A DNA stretch of 64,000 nt from Eledone cirrhosa (taxonomy: Eukaryota): contig OZ024740.1 in assembly GCA_964016885.1 (NCBI GenBank), positions 249,426,001 to 249,490,000 of the forward strand, written 5' to 3'. Numbering within the stretch: the stretch's first letter is position 1; each line of letters starts with the position of its first letter. The notes under the pieces are model-generated. The model was given only the letters and a program-made list of their open reading frames with translations, searched no databases and was not told the origin of the DNA. Shown one piece after another: positions 1 to 12,662 of this stretch. The position numbers and the translations under genes are program-made.

Positions 1-682
1 TTGCTGTCATCTTTGTCTTAACTTTAGTTTTTGTTCCCTCTCAACATGTTTTCTTGGGGCTCTGCAAGAGTCAGCAGCAACACACACAAAAAAAAATGAG
101 TCCAATTATATTATAGTTTCGGTGTTTCACATGGAACCCCATAGATATAACACAGAGAAGCATACAATCCAAGTGAAAACAAAAGACAACATATAATCTA
201 ATAAGAAGGTTAAAGAAAAGAAGAAGAAAAAACTGAAATGAAACAGAAAGTTGAATGGAAAAGGTAGAAAAGAATCATTGAAATAATTATTCTATAAAGT
301 GTCCTGTCTCATTTAGAAATTGTCTTCTATGCTGGCCAGCTAAAATCTTCCCTTGCTGAATTGCATCAAGTTCATTTGTTAATCGTACCTTTCCTGTAAA
401 AAATTACTGGTTTCAACAAGCACTTTTTGGCTAAAACCACTAACAATAGCAAATATGTTTGTTTTGAGCGAAGGAGTGAAAACCTCTATGCGGTTACTTG
501 ACCTGTTGGAAATAGCAGCCAAACTTCTTTCAGGTCACATACCTTCTTGAATTAGGAAAGGACTCTTTGGTTGGTTGCTTTAAGCCTCAGTTTAATGACA
601 ATCCAGAACTAAAAGGGGTGAGTTCCAAAATGAAATATATATCAGGATTGAGTGATCGAAGTTTCAATCCAACATTTTATTT

Positions 683-1232
683 GTAACAGTGGTACCCGGC
701 GTTGCACGGGATAAGGTATTTTGGAACGTGGGCCGCCAACAGATCTAATCATGGAAAAACTACATGCCTAGACAATATGTAAAGAAAATAAACCGAATAC
801 TATGTGCATAATATGCCTTCAAATATCGGGAAAATCGGCTAGATGTAACGCCTCAAAAAAGCTGTAAAAAGCTGAAAAAATGAAGTTTTTCACCTAATGA
901 GGGCCCTAGGCCATAAAAAAGTTGGATTTTCTTTGCTCACGGTATGAAGAAGAGACTGACTAATACATAGTTACAATGTCAAGGAAATCGGTCTGACGTA
1001 ACGCCTCAAAAAACCCCTACAAAGCTGAAAAAAACACAGTTTTTCACCTAATGCGGGCCCTAGGGGATAAAAAAGTTGAATTTTTTTAATGTGCATAACA
1101 CTCCCTGAAACATAATACACATGTAAAGTTTGAAAAAAATCAGTTGGGTACTTCTCGGGTTTCACACACACACACACACATACATACATACATACATCCT
1201 TACTCAGTTTTACATATATATACATATATAGA
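683..1232 (-). mobile_element. Non-autonomous Helitron, family HelA (same family as 16903-17780)
   Basis: Minus strand starts A|TCTATATATG..AAAACTGAG, has a (GT)n tract and internal repeats, ends with hairpin CCCGTGCAACGCCGGG-TACCACTG and a decayed CTAG; aligns by eye to 17200-17780. Confidence 0.85.
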
Positions 1233-1454
1233 TTAAAATAACAGATTAAAGTTTAAGCAAAGAATCGTTGCTTTCACCCTTAACGGGATCTTCTGAAACA
1301 AAAAACATCAATCTGTGAACGCAGAAGTAAATATTTCGAAAAACGTTGCAACCGAAGGAAAACAAGAAGACGATACTTTGGTTTGTGAAGATGTTCCCTG
1401 GCAGTGAAAGGATAATGGCGAACATAATACGTCATCAATGTTCGTCAGAATGTC

Positions 1455-1662
1455 GTAATGCAGACAGCCAGGCATACAGACAGATAGATATTATAAGGGC
1501 GTGGCGGAGATGGATAACCGGCGCCTAACACCCCTTTAACAACAGAAAATTGAAAAAATAAAGCGGCAGTTAATATTTTTAGACCGCAAGGAATATATAA
1601 ATGCAAGTTTGAAGTCAATCGGAATAGAAATGTGGATTTGTATAGACTTTGCAAAGATGAGG

Positions 1663-1693
<31 letters not shown>

Positions 1694-1715
1694 ACAACAG
1701 TTTTATATATATAGA
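1455..1715 (-). mobile_element. Non-autonomous Helitron 5' fragment
   Basis: Minus strand begins A|TCTATATATATAAAACTG followed by (GT)n; 1455-1507 matches the reverse complement of 17141-17190 inside HelA. Confidence 0.65.
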
Positions 1716-2714
1716 TTACATGTAACACGTGTTTCTTGAATGCATTATATTTATTTCTCATCCACTGTTTTTGCTACATCTCAAAATTCTTTCTTCAATT
1801 TCAGCTTCATCTCTTCAATTCTGTAACATCTCACGGCTTTAATTTTGCACTTTAAAATCTTTTACCGAACTTACTGTTTTGAATGTTTACACACACACAA
1901 CATCCATCTCAACATTTCTTCGTTTGGTACATCCCAAAATTCCTATAACGAAAAGAGAGTCAAATGCCTACTTATACCTTTTAATAATTACAGGTTGAAA
2001 CATCCCATGGACCTTGTCATCACAAACAATTGTATAATTTAATTCCCTCTAGAGGAGGTCTTAAGAAAATACCTTGGTCTGTGTGGTCCTTCTTCTGTAC
2101 TGACTATGACAGGCTTCTGACATTCATGATATAAATAATTATCCTTTTTAAACACTCAATTCAATATAAACACATATTTATTGTTAGAAAGCTGAATTTC
2201 TATACACACAAGAGGTTATAAGAAATGAAAGCAATTACTGGCCGTTAGGTTGAAGGTAGGCAGGTACTGCCTAGAAGAAAACAGAAAATGTTGAATATCT
2301 CATATCATAATAGAACAATTCCTGAAATGTGGAATATGTCTTGTTGATAAATGTTCAATTCCTCCTTACAGGATTATATAAGGATTACAGTAGGAGCTAA
2401 CTATCCTGTAGTAGGTCTTCTCATGTTGCTGGCCAGGGCTCCTCTCTCTCGTGTGCTGGCCGGTTTTCCCGAGGAGGTAACAATATGATCGGTCTAATAC
2501 GATTGGTTTGTTTAACCAAATCACATATGAAATATTGCTATTGCAAGGTATGAAGTAGTTCTGCTATATCCCTCTTCCAGTTTTTAATTTCCTCGCTTCA
2601 ACCTTTTAGTGTCTATTTTTGCTGTTTTTGCAGTTATTGAATTTACTGTTTTATATATTTAAACACACACAACATTCAGACTTAAATTTAAATTTAAATC
2701 TAAATTATTTTAAG

Positions 2715-5700
2715 GTCATGTGCCGTGTTACCAGGAGACCCGCATGATTAAAGGATTTCGTCACATCCTATCAGCCTTCACCCCCCCCCCCCCTCATTCC
2801 AAGGGAGCTAACTTGCATTCCCCTATCTCTTCCCTCCCACTCCCATCGCCGGATTCTGTCAAAATTAGTTCTACTCATCCTCTCATCCACCCACCACTCC
2901 CAAACAGCTAGCTTGCCTCCAGCGTCTCCTTCCCCCCACTGTCAGAGGCAATGCTGATCACCTGGTTCCCCCTTCTATCTCTATCGTTAACCTACTCCAC
3001 TATCTTCCTACCATCTGAACCCTAATTCTAATGTCAACTCCTCAGATGTTGCCAATTCACCACTAAACAGCACCCTCTGCTCTCGAACCAGTTGTTACCT
3101 AAAGACAATTGCATGTCACTCCTGCTGCCTAAACTACCACAGGAGCTGTGTTGGCATTACTAAGGTTCAAGCTGAAAGTTTCTCAAACTGGATGTGTAAC
3201 CAATATCAATTCAGCTTCAATTCCCTTTGCAGGTCTGAACCTAACTCTGACGTTCAGATTTCTGTTGACGACTTTGCCGCTGCTCTCCGGGGCTTGTCTA
3301 AGTTGAAATTAATCAACAGGATCCCAAAGGGAGCTCGGTCTAATTTCACCCGTGCTCTCTCCAAGCTGCTGAAGAATGTCTGCCTATCCAATGACATCTT
3401 GAATCGGCAGAAACTATTCTTGTTCCCCTTAGTCTCTCTCCATGTGTCCAACGTGAAATCCAAATCCCTCACATCTTCCCTAAAACAGCAGTTTGAATTG
3501 TTTGATTCAACCCCAATTACTTCTCATCTCAGGTTAGCGATCAACTCAGTTCCAACCAATAGTTGATCACCAAACTTAAAGAAGGTCATCAATGCTAAAT
3601 TCAATAAATTTGACATTAAAGGGGCTGTTCGCCTCCTCTCCTCTGTCATCCCTCACCCAGTGCACTACAGAGTCACTCAACCGACTGAGAGTGAAACATC
3701 TTTTGGCTCCTCCGGATGACCACTTACACTGGCCCAATCCACCAGGTTATTTGCAACCTGGTTTCACCCCAGCTATTGTCAGGAAGGCGATAGTATCCTT
3801 TGCTGGGTTCTGGTACAGGGATTAATGGTCTTCGACCTCAGAACCTCAAGGATGGTGTCTCCCTGTAGGCCGAAGATGCCGACCTTGAGCTCTTAAAGAA
3901 CCTCACCCATTTCATCAACCTATTTTCATCCAAGAATATCCGCTCTTTTACCTGCCTCCTGTTCTTTGGAGCTAAACTGTTTGGTCTCACAAAGCCCAAC
4001 GGTGACCTCTGCCCCATAGCAGTTGGTGCACTCTGTGATGGCTCACTGCGAAGGTATGTCTGTCTTTGATTTGGGTACAAAGCTAGGTTGTGAGGCTGCT
4101 GCACATGCAACCAGAGCATTTACCAACTTGCTTTCTGAAACCCCCAAGGTCATTCTCAAGCTGGATCTCAGGAATGCTTTTAATTCCATCAGTCAGGATG
4201 TCATCCTCCGTTCAGTAAAGGAGAGGGCCCTGCAGCTTTACCACTTTGCTTGGCAAGCCTACTGGGAGCACCTCCTACCTCACCATTGGCGACCATCTCC
4301 TATCTGCCACAGGAGTTCAACAGGGTGATCCGCTCGGACCTGCACTTTTCACTCTACGCAAGTTGGGAGTTGACCTGGATCTGAATATCTGGTATCTGGA
4401 TGATGCTTGCTTGGGGGGGGGGGGGGGGGGTCCTCCAGATAAGGTCCTTGCAACTACGAAGACAATGATTGAGGAGCTGGGCCTTAGGGGCCTTCATGTA
4501 AACAGTTCCAAATGCGAGCTCAGGCTCCTCAACTACCCAGCTTCACATCAAGAGACTGTTGACCTGTTCACAGAGTCTTTCCCCTCCATCAAGGTTCCTC
4601 CCCCATCAGTGTGGTGCTCCCCTGGTGCCCCAGATCCTGACCAAGCCATCTTTCAATCTAAGTTGGTTAACCTCAAGCAACTTTTAAAAAACCTCAAAGT
4701 CATTGAGCCTAACCAAGGTTTTTTCATTCTCTGGAATTATCTGTTAATCCCTAAGTTGTTGTATTTCCTTAGAATTAGTCCCTCTTACAAATTCTCATTG
4801 TCTCTCCAATGCTTTGACGATCTAACATTCAGTGAGCTTGAGTATTTGGTCAATGTCCGACTCTCTCTAGAGTACTGCGACCAAGCTACCTTACCCAAAC
4901 GGTTTGGAGGTCTCGGTCTGTGTAAGTGTACCTCTTTGTCCCTACCTTGCTTTCTTTCCTCCATTCACGCCTGCTCCCCTTTAGTGGGTGACATCCTCTC
5001 CTTCCTAACTTGGACTAGTTCCACCAGGGAATTGGATGAAGTTGTATTACTGAAGAGAGAGCTGGGTTTGTGTGCCCCAGTTACTGATGAGGATAGACAG
5101 AAGCAATCTGTGTTCGGGGTAAACTTTCAACTCCCTCTTTGATCTTTCCTATCAATTTTATAGGTGCTGCTTACTTTCTGCTAGTGCAAAGTTCTCTAGG
5201 GACTGGATCGATGCCCTGCCTGTGGCCAACATTGGTGGCCTTCTCAGTCAGGATGAACTTCATATCTTCATTGCACTTTGTGGGAACCGACATCCGTGGG
5301 GCTCTGAGATGCTGTGTGGTAGATCCCTCGACTCCACAGGTTTACATGGTTTGTCCTGCTGCCTGAATGTTGGTCATTTTGCCCGTCACACCGAGCTAAA
5401 CTTGATCATCAAATGGGCCCTGGCTTGGGTAAATATCCCCACAGTTCTGGAACCGGTTGGTTTATCCAGAAGTGATGGGAAGAGACCAGACACTCTTACC
5501 CTTTGACTCTGGGTGAAAGGCAGGTGTCTCATCTGGGACATCACAGTCAGTGACTCTTTTGCCCCTCCCACATCATGGATGCCGCGGTGAATGTGGGGGT
5601 CACTGCTGACGGATGGAATAAAATTCGGAAATACCCAAGACTTATCAAACAATTATTTTTTCCAGCCTGTGGCATTCAAGATGTTCGGTAGATTTGGGCC

Positions 5701-5950
5701 GCTGACAGCGAAGTTCTTGTCTTCACTGGCAACTCACCTTACTGAGGTGTCAGGTGATACCCGTGAGAGTGCCTGGTTATTCCAGTGCCTCACCATCACC
5801 TGTGGTAATGCTGCAAGCGTGTTGGCTTGCCTGAAAGTGTGCAGTTAGCCCCCAAGGTGTGAGGTGCAGCCGATTGTCACACTTGGTGGTGAATTGCCCC
5901 TCTCCTTTTTTTTCTTTCCTCTATCATTTTTGTTTATGAATTTATATTAT
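2715..5950 (+). mobile_element. Decayed CRE-clade non-LTR retrotransposon (Cys/His finger + RT + restriction-like endonuclease)
   Basis: Frameshifted ORF pieces: KPNGDLCPIAVG, LKLDLRNAFNSI, GVQQGDPLGPALF, WYLDD, LPKRFGGLG, GLHGLSCC..RH zinc knuckle, RSDGKRPD..LIWDITVSD, FQPVAF..GNAASV (REL). Ends are approximate. Confidence 0.88.
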
Positions 5951-7779
5951 TGTGTTATTATACACAGTTTTTAATGTTATTTAGCTTGTTTGTGTTATAG
6001 GTGTTTACTCATGTTTTAATCTTCTCCTTAGAGATTTTATTGTTTCATCAATCAGTAAGAGATCTTTGCTCCATTATTTTATATATAATTTGTTTCCTTG
6101 ACTATACTCAGCCTGATTTCACAAGCTACAGTCTAATCACTCACTGGTGTCGCCCCACACTACTCATTACACAAAAACTTAATAAGCCATCTTTAAGTCC
6201 TGTTTTCTGCTAATAAAACCCCATTTGGTCGTTATATCCGCCCAAGTAGTATGTGATCTATTGACAGGCAGGTTGTATCACAGTTTGTCATATCAGCACA
6301 GTTTCTGAGATAATTGCATTACAGAGTTATAGGAACTTTGATATCTCTTCATTGTTTATCTCATGTATATTCTTTACTAGTATACAAATATAATTGCCAT
6401 CAATCTTTTGAATATTTAATATATTAATAATTCTGGCTAATAACTTATATCCAAAATAGTTTGTTAGAGTTTTTAGTTACAATTAATATTTGAAGGTGTT
6501 GATGAGAGAGGAGAGAAAGAAAAATTATTGAAAAGAATATTTTATGAAAATCTAATTTTTGTTTTGTTTTACAATCTATTTTTAAAACCTCCATCAACAC
6601 AAATGAGGGGGTATGTATATGATCACTCAAACTGTAAAAAATAGCAGCTAAACTCCCTCAAATCATATCTTACTATCATAGAAAAACACATGTTGGATAA
6701 TGTGATCCTGGGTTCTTTGCACTTATGAAGGATGCTTATGGCTAGATTGCCTGTCAGAGCTGACTTTATGCCAAACATCAAAACAACTCCTTCATTAGGT
6801 AAACTAAATGTGTTAGAAAGATATGCTAATATAGTGCTGTATATGCAAAAATAATTGCAGTAAAGACAATTAGATTACTTATGACTTTTTTTTTATTTTG
6901 CTAAAAGAAAAATGAATGTATGTCTTAATGCCATTTGTTTCGTAATTTTCATATATTTATTTTTGCTTTTTGTAATTGTAGAAAATGTTTGTTTTATAAC
7001 TTTGATGCAATTCAAAAGCAACCCACCTAATTCTTTACAATGTAAATAATTTAGACAAACAATATTTCCTTATCAAGTATTTATGAATAATTCTTGAATA
7101 TTCAAAAATGAGGAGTTGTTTTTAGTGGCAGAGAGTTAACAAAAATTGAACTCCCTATTCATGTTTTATTTCCTAATGTAAAAGATCAAAGAGATTGATT
7201 TCTGTGTGAGTTAATGAGATGCTAATTCTACTCAAATAAAACTTTGCATGCAAAACATATACTGAACTCATCTGAAGAGCTAAACTCATATAGATTATAT
7301 AGGTATAATATTTAAAAAGAAACATTTGCAATATATATATATATATCACACTATGTATATATAGTAATTATAATAAATGTGAAGACTAAAATCCGAAGAT
7401 CCCGTTAAGGGTGAAAGCAGCGGTTCTTTGCTTAAACTTCAATCTGTTATTTTAATAAATATATATATACATACACACATATATTACACTATATATATCT
7501 ATCTATCTATCTAGGGCGGGTAAAATTCCTGAGGTCCATGGACGAGTTCTCTCCAGCAGTCTCTGTCACTCGTCATTGCTGCCATGTCCTGCATCTCATT
7601 CAGTATATTTGTGGTTTACTGAGAAAGGTACCAAAATCAGTACTCTGTACTATGACAGAGTGTATATATTAAGAACAAAATGGGGTTTCACATTGGGATT
7701 TTTGCTTGATTACAAACCCTAATTGATAGCTTCTACTCTCTGGGGGACCAAATCAGCTGCAGAGGTGGCTGTGCAGGAA

Positions 7780-8260
7780 AGTACAGCCGGAACAGTAAGA
7801 ATGGGTTGGAAAAAGTTCAGGGAGCAGCTACCGCTATTAATGACAAAGGGTCTCTCACTAAAGATAAAATGCAAGCTCTATGATGCCTGCGTGCGCTCAG
7901 CAATGCTAAATGGTAGAGAAACATGGGCTCTGCAAGTTGAGGACTTACGGAGACTGTAAAGAAACGAAGCCTCCATGATCAGATGGATATCTAACAGAAG
8001 TGTACATGAACGACAAAGTATAAATGTATTAAGGATGAAACTGGGCATAAGAGGGATCAAATGCTGTGTAGAGGAGAGAAGACTGCGGTGGTATGTGCAT
8101 GAAGGATGACAGCTGCTTAAAGAGGTGTAGGGCTTTAAAAGTTGCAGGAGGCACTAAGTGAGGAAGACCCAGGAAGACGTGGGAAGAAATGATAAGGGTG
8201 GACCTGACTCAACTAAATCTCACAATGGGGATGACACAGGATCGGTCCTGTGGTGCTACA
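7780..8260 (+). mobile_element. RTE LINE (family B) 3' ORF fragment
   Basis: GWKKFREQLPLL..KLYDACVRSAMLNGRETW..RRLRWY..GRPRKTWEE; homologous to 52150-52600. Confidence 0.85.
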
Positions 8261-8630
8261 ATAATAATAATAATAATGAAATTATTGTGTACAGCGCTCA
8301 GGTGCACTACAACTCATCAAAGGTGCATATATAGTACATAGAATAATTGTTTCTACTTTTGGCACAAGGCCAGCAATTATCCCAGTACATTACTGGCACT
8401 ATATTTTATCGACCCCGTAAAGATGAAAGGCAAAGTGAACAGTCAGGAAAGTGAACAGTGTATGAGTCATGATATACATATGTGCGTGTGTATGGAGGGG
8501 GATATCAGGTTGGCGAATTCCAGGAAGCATGAAGGTTTTAAAGGATGCAGTTTCCCGGTAGCTAACAACTGATGCTGGTAGTTTGTTCCATGCTTCAGCA
8601 ACTCTGAGCGTGAAAAAATGTTTTTGAATG
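8261..8630 (-). mobile_element. CR1/L2-type LINE 3' end with (TTA)n tail, interrupted by a SINE
   Basis: KHFFTLRVAEAWNKLPASVV..SFK is the typical CR1/L2 RT C-terminus; (TAA)n at 8261-8277 on +. Confidence 0.7.
8343..8437 (-). mobile_element. tRNA-derived SINE, 5'-truncated (Meta-domain-like)
   Basis: Near-identical to the 3' half of the full copy at 36560-36746. Confidence 0.8.
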
Positions 8631-11600
8631 AGCCACAGTATCTCCAACTTTACTTTTTAAATGACATGAGGAAGCAGGCTGACTCAAGAACATCCAAACA
8701 TTGTGGAACAAGGTTTGAAATCATCCTCATGTTACAAGAGATGCTACATAAGCATAGTAACTATGTGAAGAGTTTTAAATATGCTCTAGAAATAGCTCCT
8801 AGCATAGAATTTCAGTTAAAAATACATGCAGAAAAGAGACCCGCATGCGAGCATATGCGACGATTTAATCCTCCAGTGTGCAATGAGGTGGCTGTTTTGG
8901 TGACTGGGGAAGAATTTGGACAATGTGACATTGTGATAAAGCACGGTAATCAAAATGATCCTCTTCAAAAAAATCAATGAATTTCATAGATCATATGATG
9001 CCCTCCAGTATTCATTGTTTTTCGTTTAAGGAGAGGATGGCTACCATTTCAATATTCCCAATGTTGGCCAAACTAAGGTTTCTTGCAAGGAATTTTATGC
9101 CTTTCACTTAATGCCAAGGGATAAATTATTCAATACCCTTCATAGAAGTAAAAACCTATTCCATCAGTTTGCTGTTGACATGTTGAAACTGAGAGGTTAC
9201 TCTATATCAAGGTTTATCAACATCTGTGAGTGAACGACTATGAACATCTGAAGGATGCTATCAATAATGATGGCAATGGCAATGACATTGGAAAACTGTG
9301 CATCTTTCCATCCACTTATGTGGGCAGCCCAAGATACATGCTTGAACAGACACAAGCTGCAATGATGTACATTAGAAAATTTGGACAGCCATGTTTATTC
9401 ATAATGTTCATATGCAAACCTAAATAGAAAGAAAGGATGAACTACTTCCTGGACAGACATACATCAACCAACATGACTTAATAGCCAGGATGTTCTGATT
9501 GTTAAGTCACAAATCTTTGGACCTGAGAGATGCCATATATATACAGTGGATTGGCAGAAATTTGGTCTTCCACATGTCCACATTCTGATTTGGCTTAAGA
9601 GAAGAAACCATTCAAATGAGGTGGACTCAATCATCTGTGCTGAGCTCCCAAATGCTGAGACTGATAGAGAATGATATGATATTGTTAAGGCACGCATGAT
9701 TCCCAGACCATGTGACCAAGCCTTTCGCATGAATTCTCCATGTATGAACAAAGAAATGGAAAAGTGATTCCAAAAGTATCCTAAGTCATTGATTAAAGAC
9801 ACCCACATGACTGAAAACAGTTATTCTCATTACAAATGAAGAAGTCCCAATGATGGAAGATTTACAGCAAAGATTAAACAGCATTAAATTGATAATAGTT
9901 GGGTTGTGCCTTACAACCCTCTACTGTTGAAGACTTTCAATTCTCACATAAATGTGGAATTCTGCAACTCTGTCAAATCAATTAAATATCTGTGCAAATA
10001 TATAGACAAAGGTTCAGATGCTGCAATGTTTGCACTTCAAGAGAAAAACCTACGATGAGGTTTCCCAATTCCAACAGATACAATGAGGCATTTTGGAGGA
10101 TTTATGGCTTTCCCCTTCATGATATATTTTCCTTGATTCAGAAGCTGGCAGTGCATTTGGAAAATAAACAAAAGGTTTACTTTGAACCTCAAAAGACAGC
10201 CCAACTTGTCAATGATCCAAGACCAATAACGCCGACAGGTTTTCTCAAACTATGTGAGCAAGACCCATTTGCCAGGACTTTATTCTACAATGAAGTCTCA
10301 TTCTACTACACATGGAACAATAAGCAATGGTCTCGAAGCTTGGCCTGGCTGTAGAAGAGTGGTCAGGGATAAAGTTAGACAGCACTTTGGGCCGTGTATA
10401 TGGGGTTCACGCCAGCCAATGTGAATGCTTCTACTTGTGCATTTTACTTCACACTGTTCAAAGCTCAACATCTTTTCAAGACCTCAGAACAGTTGATGGT
10501 CATATTTATTTAATGTATAAAGAGACCTGCTTAAGAAGAGGGTTGTTGGAGGACGATTCTCAGTGGGAGGACACTATGTAAGACGCCTGTGTTTCTCGAA
10601 GTCCAGCAAGTCTCCAAGCTTTATTCTCTGTACTCATCAAAACATGTGAGGTTAGTCAGTCTTTGGGAAAAATACAAATATTAACTATCCACAGACTTAT
10701 ATCATGCACAAATGTCTAAGCCAAACCTACAAATTCAATTCATCAATGAAATTTATTAGCAAGCATTGATTGAAATAGAAAGCAAAATCATCCCCATGGG
10801 AGGTCAAGATTTGAAAGCCTTTGAACTTTCCACAGTACCTCAAAGTAACATGAAATTCTAAGAGAAACGCCCTAAGATATAAACAAAAATTAAAAGTTAA
10901 GGTCAAGAAAATGATCCCAAGCTGTTGTCTGAACAGAGAGTTGTGTATGAAACTGTCTCCGATTATGTCACGAATAAGAAATGAGGTCTCTGTTTCCTAG
11001 ATGTACCTGGAAGCACAAGGAAGACATTTGTGATGTCTATTATTAGCAAAAGCTGGAGAAGAAAATAAAATTGCATTGGCAGTAGCCTCCTCTGACATAG
11101 CTGTTACATTATTATCTGGAGGATGAACAACTCATTCCACATTTAAGTTTGGGCTTGACATACAGAAATGTGACCATGGAGTTTGCTACATTTTGAACAA
11201 TTCCAATATAGCTGAAGTTCTCTGCTAGTATGAATTTATAGAATGAGACAAGTGTACAATGGTGCACGAAAAAGCTCTGGAAGCAGTGGACTAAACATTG
11301 AAGGATATCAGAAGCAATAATCTGCTAAAGGGTGGAATCACTGTGGTACTATCAGGAGATTTTAGACAAACTCTCCTGGTTGTTTCCAAAAGATATGAGA
11401 ATTGATGAAATCCGAATTTGTTTGAAGAATTTGACATTGTGGAAGGGCTATATTAGCCCTGAAAATGTGACAGTGAAATTGATAAATCAAAAGCTGTTAA
11501 AAATAATTCCAGGGGTTTCAAAGCTCTATCAATCTGTCGACACTGTGGTGGAACATTCGGAAGCTGTCAATTACTTGACAGAGTTCCTTCAGGAATGCCT

Positions 11601-12275
11601 TCACATGTGTTTCACCTTAAAGAAGGAGCACCCATCATGTTATTGAGAAATTTAGATTCACCAAGACTATGCAATGGCACTAGATTGGTTGTGAAAAAAT
11701 ATATCCACATATGATTCCACCCACCATTTCAACAGGATGTGTTTGTCCCAAGAATTCCTCTGATCCCCACTGATGTCTGACTTGAATTCAATCGACTCCA
11801 ATTTCCAGTGAGTCTTAGTTTTGCCTTGATCATCAATAAATCAGAAGGGCTGGTTTACATCTTGAAGAGCCCTTCTTCACCTGTGATCAGCTTTACATCA
11901 GATGTTCAAGAATAGGGAGTAAGAAAAACCTTTACATCTATGCCCCAAATGAAAAAAAAAAACAAAAAAAAACATTGTTCATCAAAAAGTGATAAATTGT
12001 CCTAAATAATGCAGAAATCTGTCCTGATCATGAGGTCTATCCACCAAAGAAGACTTTACTGCAGAAAGAAGAAAAAAGAAATCCTTTCATGTATAAATCA
12101 GCTTTACCTTACTATTTATGCCTTTTTTTCTCAATTAGTTTTACTTTTTTCAACCATCAGATAAACAAAATAAAGTCAATTTTGGTGAAATCTGCGGGGC
12201 AGACATGGTCTGGCAGTATAAAAAAAAAGCATTCTCTGGTGAGAATTGCCCTGCAATGGCAGGCTACTCTGCTAG
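8630..12275 (+). mobile_element. Decayed autonomous Helitron (RepHel: HUH Rep + PIF1 helicase pseudogene) with intact 3' terminus
   Basis: PQYLQLYF, PSTYVGSPRYM, LFIMFICKP (motif 1), DWQKFGLPHVHILIWL (HUH motif 2), KYLCKYIDKG (motif 3); helicase AVASS, GDFRQTL, LLRNLD..LCNGTRL, RLQFPV..INKS. 3' hairpin GCCCTGCAATGGCAGGC then CTGCTAG|T at 12275. Confidence 0.93.
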
Positions 12276-12301
12276 TGTATAAATATATATATATATATAT
12301 A

Positions 12302-12662
12302 CAGTTGTTCCCCAATAATTCGTGGGAGTTATGTTCCTAGAGCACCTGCAAAGAGCTAAAAACTGCGAATATTGGACGTGGTCCATAAAAATACCTATAA
12401 ACATCAAAATATAACATAAAATATAATAAAAAAGAGGGCACGTTTTATGTGAAGGTGCATCCAATAGGCCAGCAAATACAATATATTGTTATTAATGATT
12501 TAGCGTTAAAAATATATATATTGCCATGAAAAAACCCATAAAAATTGTGGTAGATATTTACGATTCGGCAAATATGTGGTGGTTTCCATGAACAATTATT
12601 AGTTAGGTGTCTAAGGAAAATTCTGCAAATAACCGGAACTGTGAATGCTGGAGGTACTCTCT
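12302..12662. mobile_element. Possible pogo/Tigger-like MITE
   Basis: TA-flanked, starts CAGTTGTTCCCAATAATTCG, with a degenerate inverted counterpart near 12640-12662. Confidence 0.35.

Noticed and set aside
2428-2480. HDV-like ribozyme upstream of the CRE element (GGCCAG..CTGGCC stem, TCTCTCG loop)
   Set aside because: P3, P4 and the catalytic J4/2 strand cannot be fitted; the segment reads at least as well as an exon
4412-4430. Poly-G run giving GGGGGG in the CRE RT / G-quadruplex
   Set aside because: Homopolymer expansion in a dead element; length is unreliable
12190-12220. Second, upstream Helitron 3' terminus (TCTGC..GCAGA hairpin + CTGGCAGT)
   Set aside because: Too degenerate and lacks CTRR; cannot support an end-bypass claim
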